A stretch of DNA of 62,597 bases, filler included, from Octopus bimaculoides (GCF_001194135.2; 5 parts of 4 records of this genome joined end to end with filler, not necessarily neighbours in it), one strand, 5' to 3'. Shown: positions 39,243 through 52,559, numbered from the whole stretch's first letter. Made by a program: numbers and translations. The notes: a model not told the origin generated them from the sequence alone.

Positions 39243-41037
39243 CTTGGTTTATTTTACTCCCATTGTTGCTAGGTAGCTGGTATTGACTTGTTTATGTCTC
39301 TGTAACTTAGCTGTCAAGCAAAAAAGACTGATAGATTAAGTAAAAGATTAAGTACTGGTGTTGATCGGTCCAGCTAAAACCTTTTAAGGCAGTGCCCCAG
39401 TATGGCCGCAGTCCATTGACTGAAACAAATAAGACAAAAGATCTGTTGTCTTTAGAAATTATCTGATAGAAAGATAGGAACAAATAGCAGATTAAGTGGC
39501 TGTGGACACCTAGCAGGTTGAATTTATTTAATACCAGCTTATCTGGATTCAAATGGGTGACATTAATAGCTGTATTTCATTCTTTCTTATCACTTGATAA
39601 TTTTATTTCATATCACAGTTGGTAAACAAGTGCCATTGTTCACAGTTTCTAATGGGTCAATCACTGGTTCACTGCATTTCTGATGAGGAAGTCTCTGTAA
39701 CTTGGTGCAGAACAAATATTTCAAAGGACTTAGTTTTCACCCCCGTCTCACCAATGTTTAACATTCTTTACCAATATACATAAAAAAAAAAATCATTATC
39801 AATACCATCATTTAAGGTCTGTTTTCTGTGCTGGCATTGATTGGACAGGTTGATAGGATCTGGTGAGCCACAGGGCTGTGTTGAGCTCCATTGTCAGCTT
39901 CGACATGGTTTCTATGGTTTGTTGCCCTTCCTAATGCCAACCAGTTTACCATGTGTTCTGTATCTTTTTTTTCATGCTACACAGAACTCTTGGCCCTTGA
40001 GCGAAATCATATATACCATTATGTCTATTTTTGTATGTTGGCGTGGGTTAGATGAAACATGCTGATGCAGATTTTCTCCGACCAGATGCTCTTTCTGTCA
40101 CTAACCCTTATATGTTTTCAAATATGGTATTTTCATTTCACTAGTTCTCATGTTGAAAACAATGAAGCTGCTGAAATTGAAACTTCTATTTAGATAAAGA
40201 CATCCTGCCTATTTTTCTTTTTTTTTTTTTTTGCTCAGGCAGTGTTAGTGAGGTTTTTGTAGAAACAATATTCTCACATGTGCATGCATGCATACACGCA
40301 CCCACATGAGCTTCTCAAGTTTCCATCTATCAGTACCACCTACAAATCACTGGTCAGCCTGAGATACTTGCCTAAGGTGCCTCAAACTGGGACTTAACAA
40401 GGATCAACATGGTTGTGAAACAAACTTCTTTACTACAAAGCCACAGCTGTTTCTTGAGGAGTTTTGCACTGTCTACTAAACTCCAAGTCTTGGCTGGTTC
40501 TTGTTTGGCACTGGTTGAAGAGTCAGTTCTTCTGGATTTGAAAAATAATTTCTTTACTGCAATTTACAATTAGGTGTATGTCTGTGTGTGGAAACATAAG
40601 CACCTTCCTGGATATTTAAAAGTGGATTTTTGAGCTTTATTGAAGATCTAAAACTGATGAGAGCTGATATATTTTCTGGTCTTAAAGAGGAAGTTGAATC
40701 ATTTGAGACGCAATATTGACAATGTTATATACTTATGGTTGCCTTGAGAAATTGCCAGTGCTTGGCATTTGTGTCAACTTTGGGTATCCTAGTTGGGTGA
40801 TCATGAGGTGTACTGTCATGTCTGTTGTAGCTTCCTATTATCTCTGTTCTCTGGGAAGTTCACTTCTTTGAGGTCATTAATCTTCTGACTCACTGTATGC
40901 AATGCTAAAGGAAGAGAGAGGAAAAGAAAGAATAGAGGGTACATGAAATACAACCAAATACCAATAACTGATCAACTATGAGCACCCAACCAGAATGACT
41001 GATCTGCATAGAAAAACAAGCAATTTACAACCCAGGA

Positions 41038-41094
<57 letters not shown>

Positions 41095-41981
41095 CCAACA
41101 ACTTCACCACAAGCTAGATGCAGTGGAGTTGCATCTGTTACCAGGTGCAGTTGACACCAAATGATAAATGTTTAAGTGAAATTAACTGTGTTTATAGGTT
41201 TTTAATGCATAATATCTTGAATGCTGTAACTGTTTTCATGTATGATTGTTTTCTTGGTATGTATAGTATTGGTTTTTTTTTCCCCTTTGTGCTGTTGAAG
41301 GGGTCTAAGTAGTTATGATCTTACTGGAGGATATTTTTAAGGGCTCTGTTCATGGAAGTGCCTAGATTGTGTGGATGATATTTAGATTACATTTGCTGAA
41401 ATTTAAAGAGTAAAGAGTAGTGTCATCTTTAAGGAGTGTGTCTCTATGTAGTTAGAAATAGCACTAAGGTCAGTTACATGATGTAGGATGAGTGTGTGAA
41501 AAGCATAACTACACTTTCTGATATACCAAAGACAATAGAATGTGAGTTGGAGTGATGATGTGGTCTGACAGGAAATTCCTGATTTGAGAGATGAGAGAAA
41601 AGGAGAGAGTAAACTATATATGGGCAGCTATTGATAAATGACGACTGATATATGATGGAGAAGAGCGAGTCTCCGGTAGATTTAACTTAACAGTTGGATA
41701 TCTATTTTACCTAACCACTTAAGTAGGGAGAAGCAGAGTTAGGGGCCTTGCTGAAGAGTACAATTATATAGTCGGTAATCCTGCACTTTAATCTTATAAC
41801 CATCATACCTTTAAGAGCAACACCGACTGCAAATGAAAAAGGGATATAAAAACATTTTGTCCATTTCCCTTTCTATTTCAAGATAACTGGTTGATCTGTA
41901 GATTCATCATTTTTGTGTAAAAAAAAGATAGTGGCTTGCTTTAAGAATATATAGATTAATAAATAGATTATTATATAAAAT

Positions 41982-42430
41982 TTTTTTTTCAGAATGAGAT
42001 AAAAAAAACCAAGGCTGTGAAGAATTTAGAACATTTATAAATAGGTCTTACAGCTGTTTCTGGGATATTTTGTATATCCCTTCATTGGAGACGGTGTGAG
42101 AAAATGGTTAAGCAATAGTTATTATAGAGAAGATATGAAATAGAGAGTGAAGTGGAGGAATGAAAATAGATGTGAGATATGCAAGGATATTGCATTTGTA
42201 GATCCATTATTTAGGCAGAATGGTATACATATCTCACATCTATTTTCATTCCTCCACTTAACTCTCTATTTCATATCTTATCTAAATTAACTATTCCTTA
42301 ACCATCCTCTCACACCGTTTCCAATGAAGGGATATATAAAATATCTCGGAAACAGCTGTAAGACCTTTTCTTTATAAATGTTCTAAAATCTTTCACAGCC
42401 TTGGATTTTTATCTCATTCTGAAAAAAAAA
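41982..42430. repeat. inverted repeat, arms about 200 bp (41982-42181 and 42228-42430), spacer about 46 bp, derived from a Penelope-like terminus
   Basis: Arms are visibly reverse complementary; homology of the right arm continues to about 42600. Confidence 0.9.
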
Positions 42431-43102
42431 AAGATTTTTTTATATATACACATGCTGATATATGACCTACATTGGACCCCTTATTCGCATAATCACCGAA
42501 CCTGGAACTTAACTATGGTCTGTCCATAGCACATACTCAGCATTACCTGACACTTTTCCCTCTTATTGACACCATTACCTCTCATAACCTCTAAATAGAT
42601 TATTATTTATGTATCTAAGGATGAGATCGGTGTTTAGTGTATCTATAAGTATTTCTGCTTGAAAAATTTGAATTTAATATTGTGGAATTTAAAAAAAAAT
42701 TGGGGTAATTTTTAAAAGAAAAAATTTTAAAATAATTATTTGCAGTTTCATTTTTTATTTATTTACATAATTAATATTTTTAGGTTATGAGATTAAACAA
42801 CTGAATGGAAGCTAATTCTTAAAATTATTTATATCATGTATATCTAAAATTTATTTATTGGTGTTTATCTAATTCCTTTGTTGTGTTTCTTCCAACTGTT
42901 CTGATATAATTAGCATGTTTGTATTGTGTAGAGTGTTACAAATACAATTAGAATATTTCAGGTCATTCCTTTCCTCTCAGATACTTGAAATGTCATATAT
43001 CCTGTGCTATTTTTCCTTTTAAAGGCATTTGCTGTTTGTTCTGTTTTCAGTTGTGAAATATTAAAAATGGTTTATCAAAAAAATAAAACTTTCTAATTTC
43101 AG

Positions 43103-43144
43103 ATTATAGTAAGCAGCCCCGAAGAACTCTTTGAAGCCTTCACA
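43103..43144 (+). CDS. NBR1: PB1-domain exon IIVSSPEELFEAFT (42 nt, phase 0-0)
   Basis: CTAATTTCAG acceptor, GTATGT donor; continues the OPCA motif helix. Confidence 0.75.
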
Positions 43145-43531
43145 GTATGTTTTACATTTTACGTCTTATAGAAAATTACTTTTAATTAGTTTAAAATTAC
43201 CTTTAAAAATAGCAAATTTTCCTTTGTAATATTTGACTCAAGTTTAATGTTTGTAATCTGTTCAATATTTAGTTTTCACTTACCATCTGTAAATTGACAT
43301 ATGAATTTTAATTTTAATTATTTTGATTTTGTTTTGATTAATTAAATAGTATCAATGTAATATGGTTCGTACCAATTTTTTTTTGAGGATTGCATAATAA
43401 TAATAATAATCCTTTCTACAATAGGCATAAAGCCTGAAATTTTGGGGGAGGCAAAGTCGACCTTAGCAGAATTTGAACTCAAAATGGAAGGACGGACAAA
43501 ACACTGCTAAGCATTCTGCCAGCTCAACGCC

Positions 43532-43564
<33 letters not shown>

Positions 43565-43989
43565 TGATGATGATGATGATCATTTTTAACATTAGCACAT
43601 GGTTATAACCTGAATGAACAAGATAATTGATCTCTACCACTTGACTGGTACTTTGACACCAAAAAAAACAAAAAGGAAAGCTCACAACTTTGATGGAGTT
43701 TGAACACAGTATCTGAAAGAATATGACTGAACACAACATTTTGTATGTCCAGCCAATTCTGCCATCCCCAGTATAGCTGATGCAGTAATGAAAACATCTT
43801 TTAACTCCACCACCTGGCCGTTGGTTGCCTTTAGCAAAGTAATCCATTCTGTTGCACGTGATTGGGCCAACAGGTCTCTGGTTGAGAGTAACTTCCTTTT
43901 CCTTCCCACCAGTCTCAGAGGTCCTGAAAAAGGTTACGGGCTCTTCCTTTCCTTCTAAGAATTTAGCAGCATTCTCTTATCCTCATATA

Positions 43990-44260
43990 TTGACCAGACT
44001 ATCAAATGTTGTTTTACGTTGCTGGTCACAATTCACTTCCAATTCTTTCTCGATTGCACCATTCTTTTCCATCTTGGCCCAAATCATTTAACTCACTTGT
44101 CTTCCCATTATTGTGATGCCCTTTCAAGTGACCTTTCCTGATCTCTTGGATACTGCTCGACAACTGCATGGGTCCATGTGTTGTATTGTCACTTTGAGAC
44201 ATGTCCAGCCTAGAGGAATTTGTGCTTTCTGCATTCTGCAATCACATTATTTACTCTGCC
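43990..44260 (-). pseudogene. RTE-clade LINE 3' remnant, antisense in intron
   Basis: Degenerate W.GHV...(W).P...KR..G...W-like pattern. Judged by eye. Confidence 0.5.
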
Positions 44261-44502
44261 CCGTTCTTGAATCATCTAATTTTGGATAGGCTCTTGCAAT
44301 TATTCTTTGCATGGATCATTCCACATCTTGTTACATCATTGCATCGTATCCACTCAACTAGTATATTTCATAATTGTAATGTACTCAATATTATAATTTC
44401 TTATATCTACTTGATATCTAGTTTCATATTTAATAAAAGCTGTAGTTTAAGTGCAAGTTATGTTTGGTCATGTCACATGTGTTTTTTTTTATATCTCTGT
44501 AG

Positions 44503-44627
44503 ATGGCCAAAAGAAATAATGACGAACTTGAAATACTGATTAATTCCAATGTTTTGCAAGAAAGCATTGAAGTGGATTTTGTAGACTCTACCAGCAATCC
44601 TTTTGCTGGCAAGGACTCCGCTACACA
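44503..44627 (+). CDS. NBR1: exon MAKRNNDELEILINSNVLQESIEVDFVDSTSNPFAGKDSAT(Q) (125 nt, phase 0-2): PB1 last strand plus linker
   Basis: CTCTGTAG acceptor, GTAAGT donor, open frame continuous with the previous exon. Confidence 0.75.
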
Positions 44628-45843
44628 GTAAGTGAATTTATTTACAAAATTAAGTAGCAAATACATAAGACTTAGGTTAACATTTTAAAATAGAGGGGAT
44701 TACATTTTCAGAGTGATGATTACTGATTAGAGCAGGGATATTGAATTTGAATAAATTTTTGTATTTGATGGCATAAAAGATGCTTTTTTTTTTTTTTAAA
44801 TGTCTCAGAAAAATTACCTTGGGTCCTATATGTAAGATTGAGCATACATTACAAGCTTTAATGCACTTAAAACCATTTTTTGTTTTTAAATATGTACTGC
44901 TGAAATTGGGGTATGTCTAGTATACTTATGCACCTAGTATGCTCTTATGTCATCAAGTATGATGGTTTCAGCTGTTTTTAAGATTGACTAGTAATTGACC
45001 CTGCTGAAAGAGGTATTTTCGGTAATGTCCATTCTCATGTTCCCTTCTCTATTTACTTTTTCATCTGCGATTATATTTTTCCTTCATACATTGTTTATTT
45101 TTGTTATGGTGTTCTCCCTTCTTAATTGTCAATAAGTGTATTTTACTCCTTCACAGCCAGTTAGTAAAGAAAGCATTTATTGTTAAATATAACAGGCAAA
45201 CTATAATGTGAAAGTCTCTAATGCTTGAGAAGGCAACTTTGCTAATGTAGAGTTTCATGAGATAAAACCTGATAGTTGAGAAGGAATTGGGCAAACTTGC
45301 CAAACAAAATACAAATCTAGACAAAATCAACTTAGGAAAATTTATGTTAAACTGATAATACTTTTACAAAAATCAATCAATACCTGAGAAGTGAGCTACT
45401 TGATAGTTTGTGAAGATCCTCCTGCCTCATTGCTGTAGCATTATCTGTTAACTGTATCAAAAGTAAATATACATGATTAAGGGGAAAAAAGTCAATTTAA
45501 TTTTTGTTTTCTGATGAACAGGTCTTTTTGAAATTTTATTCAGGAGGATCTCCAAAATCTAAATAAAACACCAACAATTTAACTGTAAAGTAGAAGTCAG
45601 TCAGAGTGAAAAAAAAAAACAAAGAAAATATTCTTATTTGTGTGTAAGATTTGAAAATTCTGTAAAATCAATAATACTATTTACTACTAAATACTGTAAT
45701 CTACCACAGCTCTAACAAGATAGATCACAACTATCAAAAGCTATTATTATTTTTTTGAAAATTGTTTAGTAAAGTTATATTTTGATTTATCTATATTTTG
45801 GTAAATGATTGAAATGATAACAAATGATATACTTATTTTGCAG

Positions 45844-45934
45844 AACAAACCAGCCTGGAATTGTAGATATGAACTGTGAGAATAACACTGTGTTAACAAG
45901 AGATGAGGAAACTGGTGCAGTTATAAGATCCAAA
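45844..45934 (+). CDS. NBR1: exon (Q)TNQPGIVDMNCENNTVLTRDEETGAVIRSK (91 nt, phase 2-0)
   Basis: TTATTTTGCAG acceptor, GTTAGT donor, open in the phase required by the previous exon. Confidence 0.65.
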
Positions 45935-46179
45935 GTTAGTAAAATCTATATTTCCTTTTAATCAGTTGATAGCTTTTTTTTTTTTTCTATAGTTTCAGCT
46001 CAGAGCTGCGGCCATGCTGATGCACTGCCGTTGAAAAATTTCGTCTTATAACACCTTTTTTCCACCCCTTTAATTCTCTCTTGTCGTTTGTACTCTGTGT
46101 AAGTTGGACCTATTAATAATCATTTGAGAGTCTCCACCTTTTGCGTTCTCTCCGCAGACTGAAATAAATAAGGAACAAT

Positions 46180-46220
46180 CCTAATCGATTTTCGAACCTT
46201 ATTGGGTCCTCATCAGAGGC
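46180..46220 (-). ncRNA. minimal hammerhead motif with canonical core and palindromic stem III
   Basis: GCCT-CTGATGA-GGACC CAATAA GGTTC-GAA-AATCGATT-A-GG. Confidence 0.7.
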
Positions 46221-46515
46221 GTCTACAGCATTCCAACAGCTTTGTTTAACATTTTAATATATTTATGTATATATAATGATTTCTCTTAGACATAGTGATA
46301 CTAATAACCTGTTGTTAGAACTCAACTTTTAGAGTAAAGTATCAGAAGAGTACAGAGCACAATATCAGTTAATGAATGACAAAAGAAGTTCTGTAATCAC
46401 TTTCATTAGTGTGCAGCATTTTCTACTATAAGAAGCAATTCTCTCAGAGTTGGATATTTTTTCAGTATTCTATAGTTTCTGTGGAGCTATTAAAATGAAG
46501 TGTAAAGTTCAGAAG

Positions 46516-46553
<38 letters not shown>

Positions 46554-46653
46554 NNNNNNNNNNNNNNNNNNNNNNNNNNNNNNNNNNNNNNNNNNNNTTA
46601 ATTAATTAANNNNNNNNNNNNNNNNNNNNNNNNNNNNNNNNNNNNNNNNNNNN

Positions 46654-46712
<59 letters not shown>

Positions 46713-46940
46713 CACACACAAGCGTACATATATGCTTACATACACACACATACACATACATACATACATACCACACCCGCACACATACATTGCCATTTTG
46801 CTTTAGGAAATTGGAGACAACACGCTATGAAAAGCCAGCGGGTCAAAATATCTATACATGTGAGAAATGTTTAGAAAACTCATAAGCTTCTGCCTGACAA
46901 TTTCCAATTTGTGGTGACAGGCAATGTTTCGTTCGTTCGT

Positions 46941-46991
<51 letters not shown>

Positions 46992-47095
46992 NNNNNNNNN
47001 NNNNNNCTATACATGTGAGAAATGTTTAGAAAACTCATAAGCTTCTGCCTGACAATTTCCAATTTGTGGTGACAGGCAATGTTTCGTTCGTTCGT

Positions 47096-47142
<47 letters not shown>

Positions 47143-47368
47143 TACATGCATGTATACAGATACTCTTTCACACGTTCCAGTCATTTGACTGAGGCCATGT
47201 TGGAGCACCGCTTTTAGTCGAGCAAATCGAACCTAGGACTTGTTCTTTGTAAGCCTAGTACTTATTCTATCATTTCTCTTTTGCCGAAACGCTAGATTTC
47301 TGGGACATGAACACACCAACATCGGCTGTCAAACGACGGTAGGGGAACAAATACAGACACATAAATAT

Positions 47369-47413
<45 letters not shown>

Positions 47414-48302
47414 CACTAAACATATCCATCATTTTCTGTTAAAATGCCTGATTGCCGAGTTTCATTTCTTCATTTCTCCGAAGAGAAGATTACATTGTTT
47501 TACACTATTTTATTCCTTCGGAATAATACCAATGGTGTCTTCGAAACATGTGTCGGAAGTAAAAGAATTTGAATAACACTGCGTTTAACTCCACACACAC
47601 ACATATATGTGTGTGTGTGTATGTATATATATGTATGTATGTATGTATATATTTGTGTATCTGTGTTTGTTCCCCCCACCACAATATCGTTTGACAGCCG
47701 ATATTGGTCTGTTTACATCCCTGTAACTTGGCGGTGCAGCAAAAGATACCGATAGAATAAGTGCTAGGCTTACAAAGAATAAGTCCTGCGGTCGACTTGT
47801 TCGACTAAAGGCAGTGCTGAAGCATGGCCGCAGTCAAATAACTGAAACAAGTAAACGAATGAAAGAATACGTAATAATGTGGAGGGGTGTGAGTATACAT
47901 CCTTACATATCTATGCAGCACATATACACGCATTACGTGTATAATATGTATTACACATTGGTACCAGCTGCTAAACTCGATGCAAACTTAAAAAGAATTT
48001 AATGACTTTAGGAAGACATGTGTTCGTTATGAATGGGAATTTTGTGTAAAACGTCACAGATACACAGACACAAACGCTCACAGACGCACAGACACTTACA
48101 CGCGCGCGAGCACACATACACATACATACATACATATGCATGTTCATACATACACACCTACATGTATTCATTTGCAGATATACGTACGTGCATACATTCA
48201 TGCACACATACATACATCCGTATGTGGAGACAGACATCCATATATTTACATACATACATGCATACATACACGCATAGAGATACACACATACATACACATA
48301 CA

Positions 48303-48336
<34 letters not shown>

Positions 48337-48698
48337 GATACACACATAGTACACATACATACATACATAAACACACATATATATACATACACACATGCAT
48401 ACATACAGGCATACATATATACACACATCCGTACACTCGCATACATACAAACACACATACACATATACATAAACACACACACACATACATACACATATAC
48501 ATAAACACACACACGCATACATACGTACATACATATACACACACACATACGCACGGTGAGTGTCAACTCGTAAATAAATATGACGATGACTGAGAAATGA
48601 TCCTATCCTATACACGTTAACGACAATTGGCTGTCAGCAAAACCCGTGTTTATATTTACAGTCCACAACAGCTTACACAACACCGCTAAGATTCTCAC

Positions 48699-48723
48699 CT
48701 CCGAAGCCATGGAGTCCCAGAAA
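48699..48723 (-). CDS. candidate 25-nt exon ending in ATG GCT TCG GAG (MASE), possible start of an unidentified gene
   Basis: CTTATCTCTTATTAG acceptor, TCCATGG start context, GAG/GTGAGA donor. Confidence 0.3.
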
Positions 48724-48838
48724 CTAATAAGAGATAAGTTTCCGGTTTCGCAAAGATGCGAGTGTTATTTTCGGAATTTCGTTCTCCTACAAAGAGATAT
48801 CTAAGCAATAACTAGGGAGTCTCTCACTCCCTCTAAAC

Positions 48839-49010
48839 CAGTGCTTCTCAAACTATCTACCGGCAGTTCCCCCTACCCAAATGTGCCAGGGACACATTTC
48901 TTAGTAATATTGATTTATAGGGAAAACAATATAAATAATGATTATAATAAATGTTGACAATTTTTTTTATCTTGTATTTATTTTGTAAACAAAAAATACA
49001 ATATGTGGTC
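48839..49010 (+). mobile_element. hAT (MER5/Charlie-like) terminal fragment
   Basis: CAGTGCTTCTCAAACT terminus. Confidence 0.5.
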
Positions 49011-49695
49011 AATAAAGAAGTGTGTTTGTCCCCCCCCCCACCAACATCGCTTGACAACCGATGCTGGTGTGTTTACGTCCCAGTAACTTGTTTGTCCCCT
49101 CTATAGAGGGGACAAACAAGGACAGACAAAAGGATTAAGTCGATCACATCGACCCCAGTGCGTAATTGGTACTTATTTAATTGACCCCCGAAAGGATGAA
49201 AGGCGAAGCCGACCTTGGCGGAATTTGAACTCAGAACGTAGCGGCAGACGAAATACCGCTAANNNNNNNNNNNNNNNNNNNNNNNNNNNNNNNNNNNNNN
49301 NNNNNNNNNNNNNNNNNNNNNNNNNNNNNNNNNNNNNNNNNNNNNNNNNNNNNNNNNNNNNNNNNNNNNNNNNNNNNNNNNNNNNNNNNNNNNNNNNNNN
49401 NNNNNNNNNNNNNNNNNNNNNNNNNNNNNNNNNNNNNNNNNNNNNNNNNNNNNNNNNNNNNNNNNNNNNNNNNCTCTCCAGTACGCAACTGATACTTAAT
49501 TTATCGATCCTGAAAGGATGAAAAGCAAAGTACTTATTCTATCAGCGACTTTTGGCGAACTGCTATGTTACAAGAACCTCAGCACACCAACACCGGTTGT
49601 CAAGACACACGGACGGACACACACATATATTTATAAGTATACATATATATAGGTAGGTCGTATTTTCTGTCTGTTGTCTTTCTATATAATCCTGA

Positions 49696-49735
<40 letters not shown>

Positions 49736-52111
49736 GTATATATAGTTGAAATTTACAGAAAAACATATATACACGATGAAGGTTCTCACAGTTTCCGTTA
49801 AACAAATTCACTTAAAACGTTTTGGTCGGTCCGAGTCTATAGCAGACGACACTTGCACAAGGTATTATGCATATATTATACATTAAATTATATCATATCA
49901 TATACTATACTATATATTATACATAGAAATATACATAGAAATACAGAATCTTAAAGTTAGTTGGCTCTTTCTACATATTCGCTAATAACATGAAAACCGT
50001 GTTTACATTCGTTAGCCTACCTCCCACTCTTTCCTCCTCCCACTCTCTCCTTCCCGCTCTCTATTGCGCGCACTTTTTTCACTGCCCCCCTCTCTTTCTC
50101 TCTCTGTTTTTCTCTCTCTTTCTTTCTCGCAACATACTTCCAAATATGCTAACGCACTTGTGTGTAGACTTTTCAGTGTTATTTATAAATCACATGTGTT
50201 CTTGTGTACGTGTATACACACACATAAATACATGTGTATATATACAGATATATATATGTATATATACGTTATATATACATATATATATATATTCTTTTTT
50301 TTACTTTTTACTTGTTTCAGTCATTTGGCTGCGGCCATGCTGGAGCACCGCCTTTAGTCGAACAAATCGATCCCGAGACTTATTCTTTGTAAGCCTAGTA
50401 CTTATTCTATCGGTCCCTTTTGCCGAACCGCTAGGGTTACGGGAACGTAAACACACCAGCATTGGTTGTCAAGCGATGTTTGGGGGACAAATACAGACAC
50501 ACACACACACACATATATATACGACGGGCTTCTTTCAGTTTCCGTCTACCAAATCCACTCACAAAGCTTTGATCGGCCCGAGGCTATAGTAGAAGAAACT
50601 TGCCCAAGGTGCCACGCAGTGGGATTGAACCCAGAACCATGTGGTTGGTAAACACACTAAGAGCAAACTGCTTACAGTCGTATGTAGACACATACACACA
50701 CAAACATATGTATGCATACATATACGCATCTATATGTATATAACATACACATATGTATGTACATAACATACACATATGTATGTACACACGCACACACATA
50801 TNNNNNNNNNNNNNNNNNNNNNNNNNNNNNNNNNNNNNNNNNNNNNNNNNNNNNNNNNNNNNNNNNNNNNNNNNNNNNNNNNNNNNNNNNNNNNNNNNNN
50901 NNNNNNNNNNNNNNNNNNNNNNNNNNNNNNNNNNNNNNNNNNNNNNNNNNNNNNNNNNNNNNNNNNNNNNNNNNNNNNNNNNNNNNNNNNNNNNNNNNNN
51001 NNNNNNNNNNNNNNNNNNNNNNNNNNNNNNNNNNNNNNNNNNNNNNNNNNNNNNNNNNNNNNNNNNNNNNNNNNNNNNNNNNNNNNNNNNNNNNNNNNNN
51101 NNNNNNNNNNNNNNNNNNNNNNNNNNNNNNNNNNNNNNNNNNNNNNNNNNNNNNNNNNNNNNNNNNNNNNNNNNNNNNNNNNNNNNNNNNNNNNNNNNNN
51201 NNNNNNNNNNNNNNNNNNNNNNNNNNNNNNNNNNNNNNNNNNNNNNNNNNNNNNNNNNNNNNNNNNNNNNNNNNNNNNNNNNNNNNNNNNNNNNNNNNNN
51301 NNNNNNNNNNATATATATATATATATATAAATATGTTATTTCAAGTGAATTGAATTAGTAAATATCTACTATTCTATTATGTCCACGGCCGATGTTCGCG
51401 TCCACCTAACATTACGGTTTTTTTTCTTTTTAGTTCCCCCACGTTTTTTTTTTGTTTTTGCACTCGTATTAAGTAACCGAAGCCATGCGAAGTGTAGTAA
51501 ATAGTAAAGAAAGAGAAGAAGAATGCTTTGGAAAACTTACCTCAAAAGTTTGTAGTAAAGAAGTTGGAGTCACTTTCTCTGGCAAGCAGTTTTCCTTCAT
51601 CCAGGGTAACAAAAGACAAAAAAAAAACCTTTCTGGCACGCTACATTAAAGTCAGGCAGCTTACTGCTAAATCTGTGAAATTGCAGGGGCTTGTATACGT
51701 ACGGGATATATGTGTGTATATGTTTGTGTATAGTTACAGGAGGGGGTGTAGACGTATGTAGGTATATGTATATAGAGATACTTGTATATAAATGTAGAGA
51801 TGTTTTGTGCGTGTTTCTATAAGTGTGGAGTTAGCGGTTACAGGAGAGGTGGATGTCGGTATATTTCTAACATAGCTGTGTGTGTGTGAGTGAGAGAGTG
51901 GGAGAGGGAGAGGAAAAGAGAAATAAGTTACTGGGAGGGGGGTGTATGTGTGTTTTTATACGGGAGGTAGGTGTATCGAGTGGCGCATACGTCTATGACT
52001 GTTTGTAAGTGTGTGAGTGTGCGTATATTTGAGTGTGTGAGTGTAGTTACGTGGTAAGTATCTTACATGTGTACTTTGTATATGGATGTATATAATTCTG
52101 TGTCTGTGTAC

Positions 52112-52155
<44 letters not shown>

Positions 52156-52436
52156 ATGTATATATATTTACAGGATCGAGGTATCTGTCAGTATTCTTGT
52201 AAATAAACGAAAAGTGTATATATATATATAGACATGTACGTGTGTGTTTGCATATGAATGAAGGGTATGTAGGTTGGTAGGTAAGTAGGTAGGTAAACAG
52301 TGAGCAGATCGCATCACATGTATACGAATGCGTACTCCATGTTTGTAAACATGTGTTTGTGTTTGAGAGTGTGTATGTCTGTTTGTTTGTGAATGCGTGA
52401 GTGTGGTATCTATGTCAATACGCATGCATATACATG

Positions 52437-52467
<31 letters not shown>

Positions 52468-52528
52468 ACTTACGAACGCATGTGTCAGAGATAGTGTATT
52501 TATATGTACGAAACAATAAACATGTGCA

Positions 52529-52559
<31 letters not shown>

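Noticed and set aside
46801-46885. Plus-strand exon candidate KLETTRYEKPAGQNIYTCEKCLENS as the NBR1 ZZ finger
   Set aside because: Wrong phase after 45934, only one CxxC, and an immediate stop.
48709-48804. Plus-strand 31-aa ORF MESQKLIRDKF... with a good Kozak context
   Set aside because: It shares the CCATGG palindrome with the minus-strand candidate, has no splice support and no recognisable homology.
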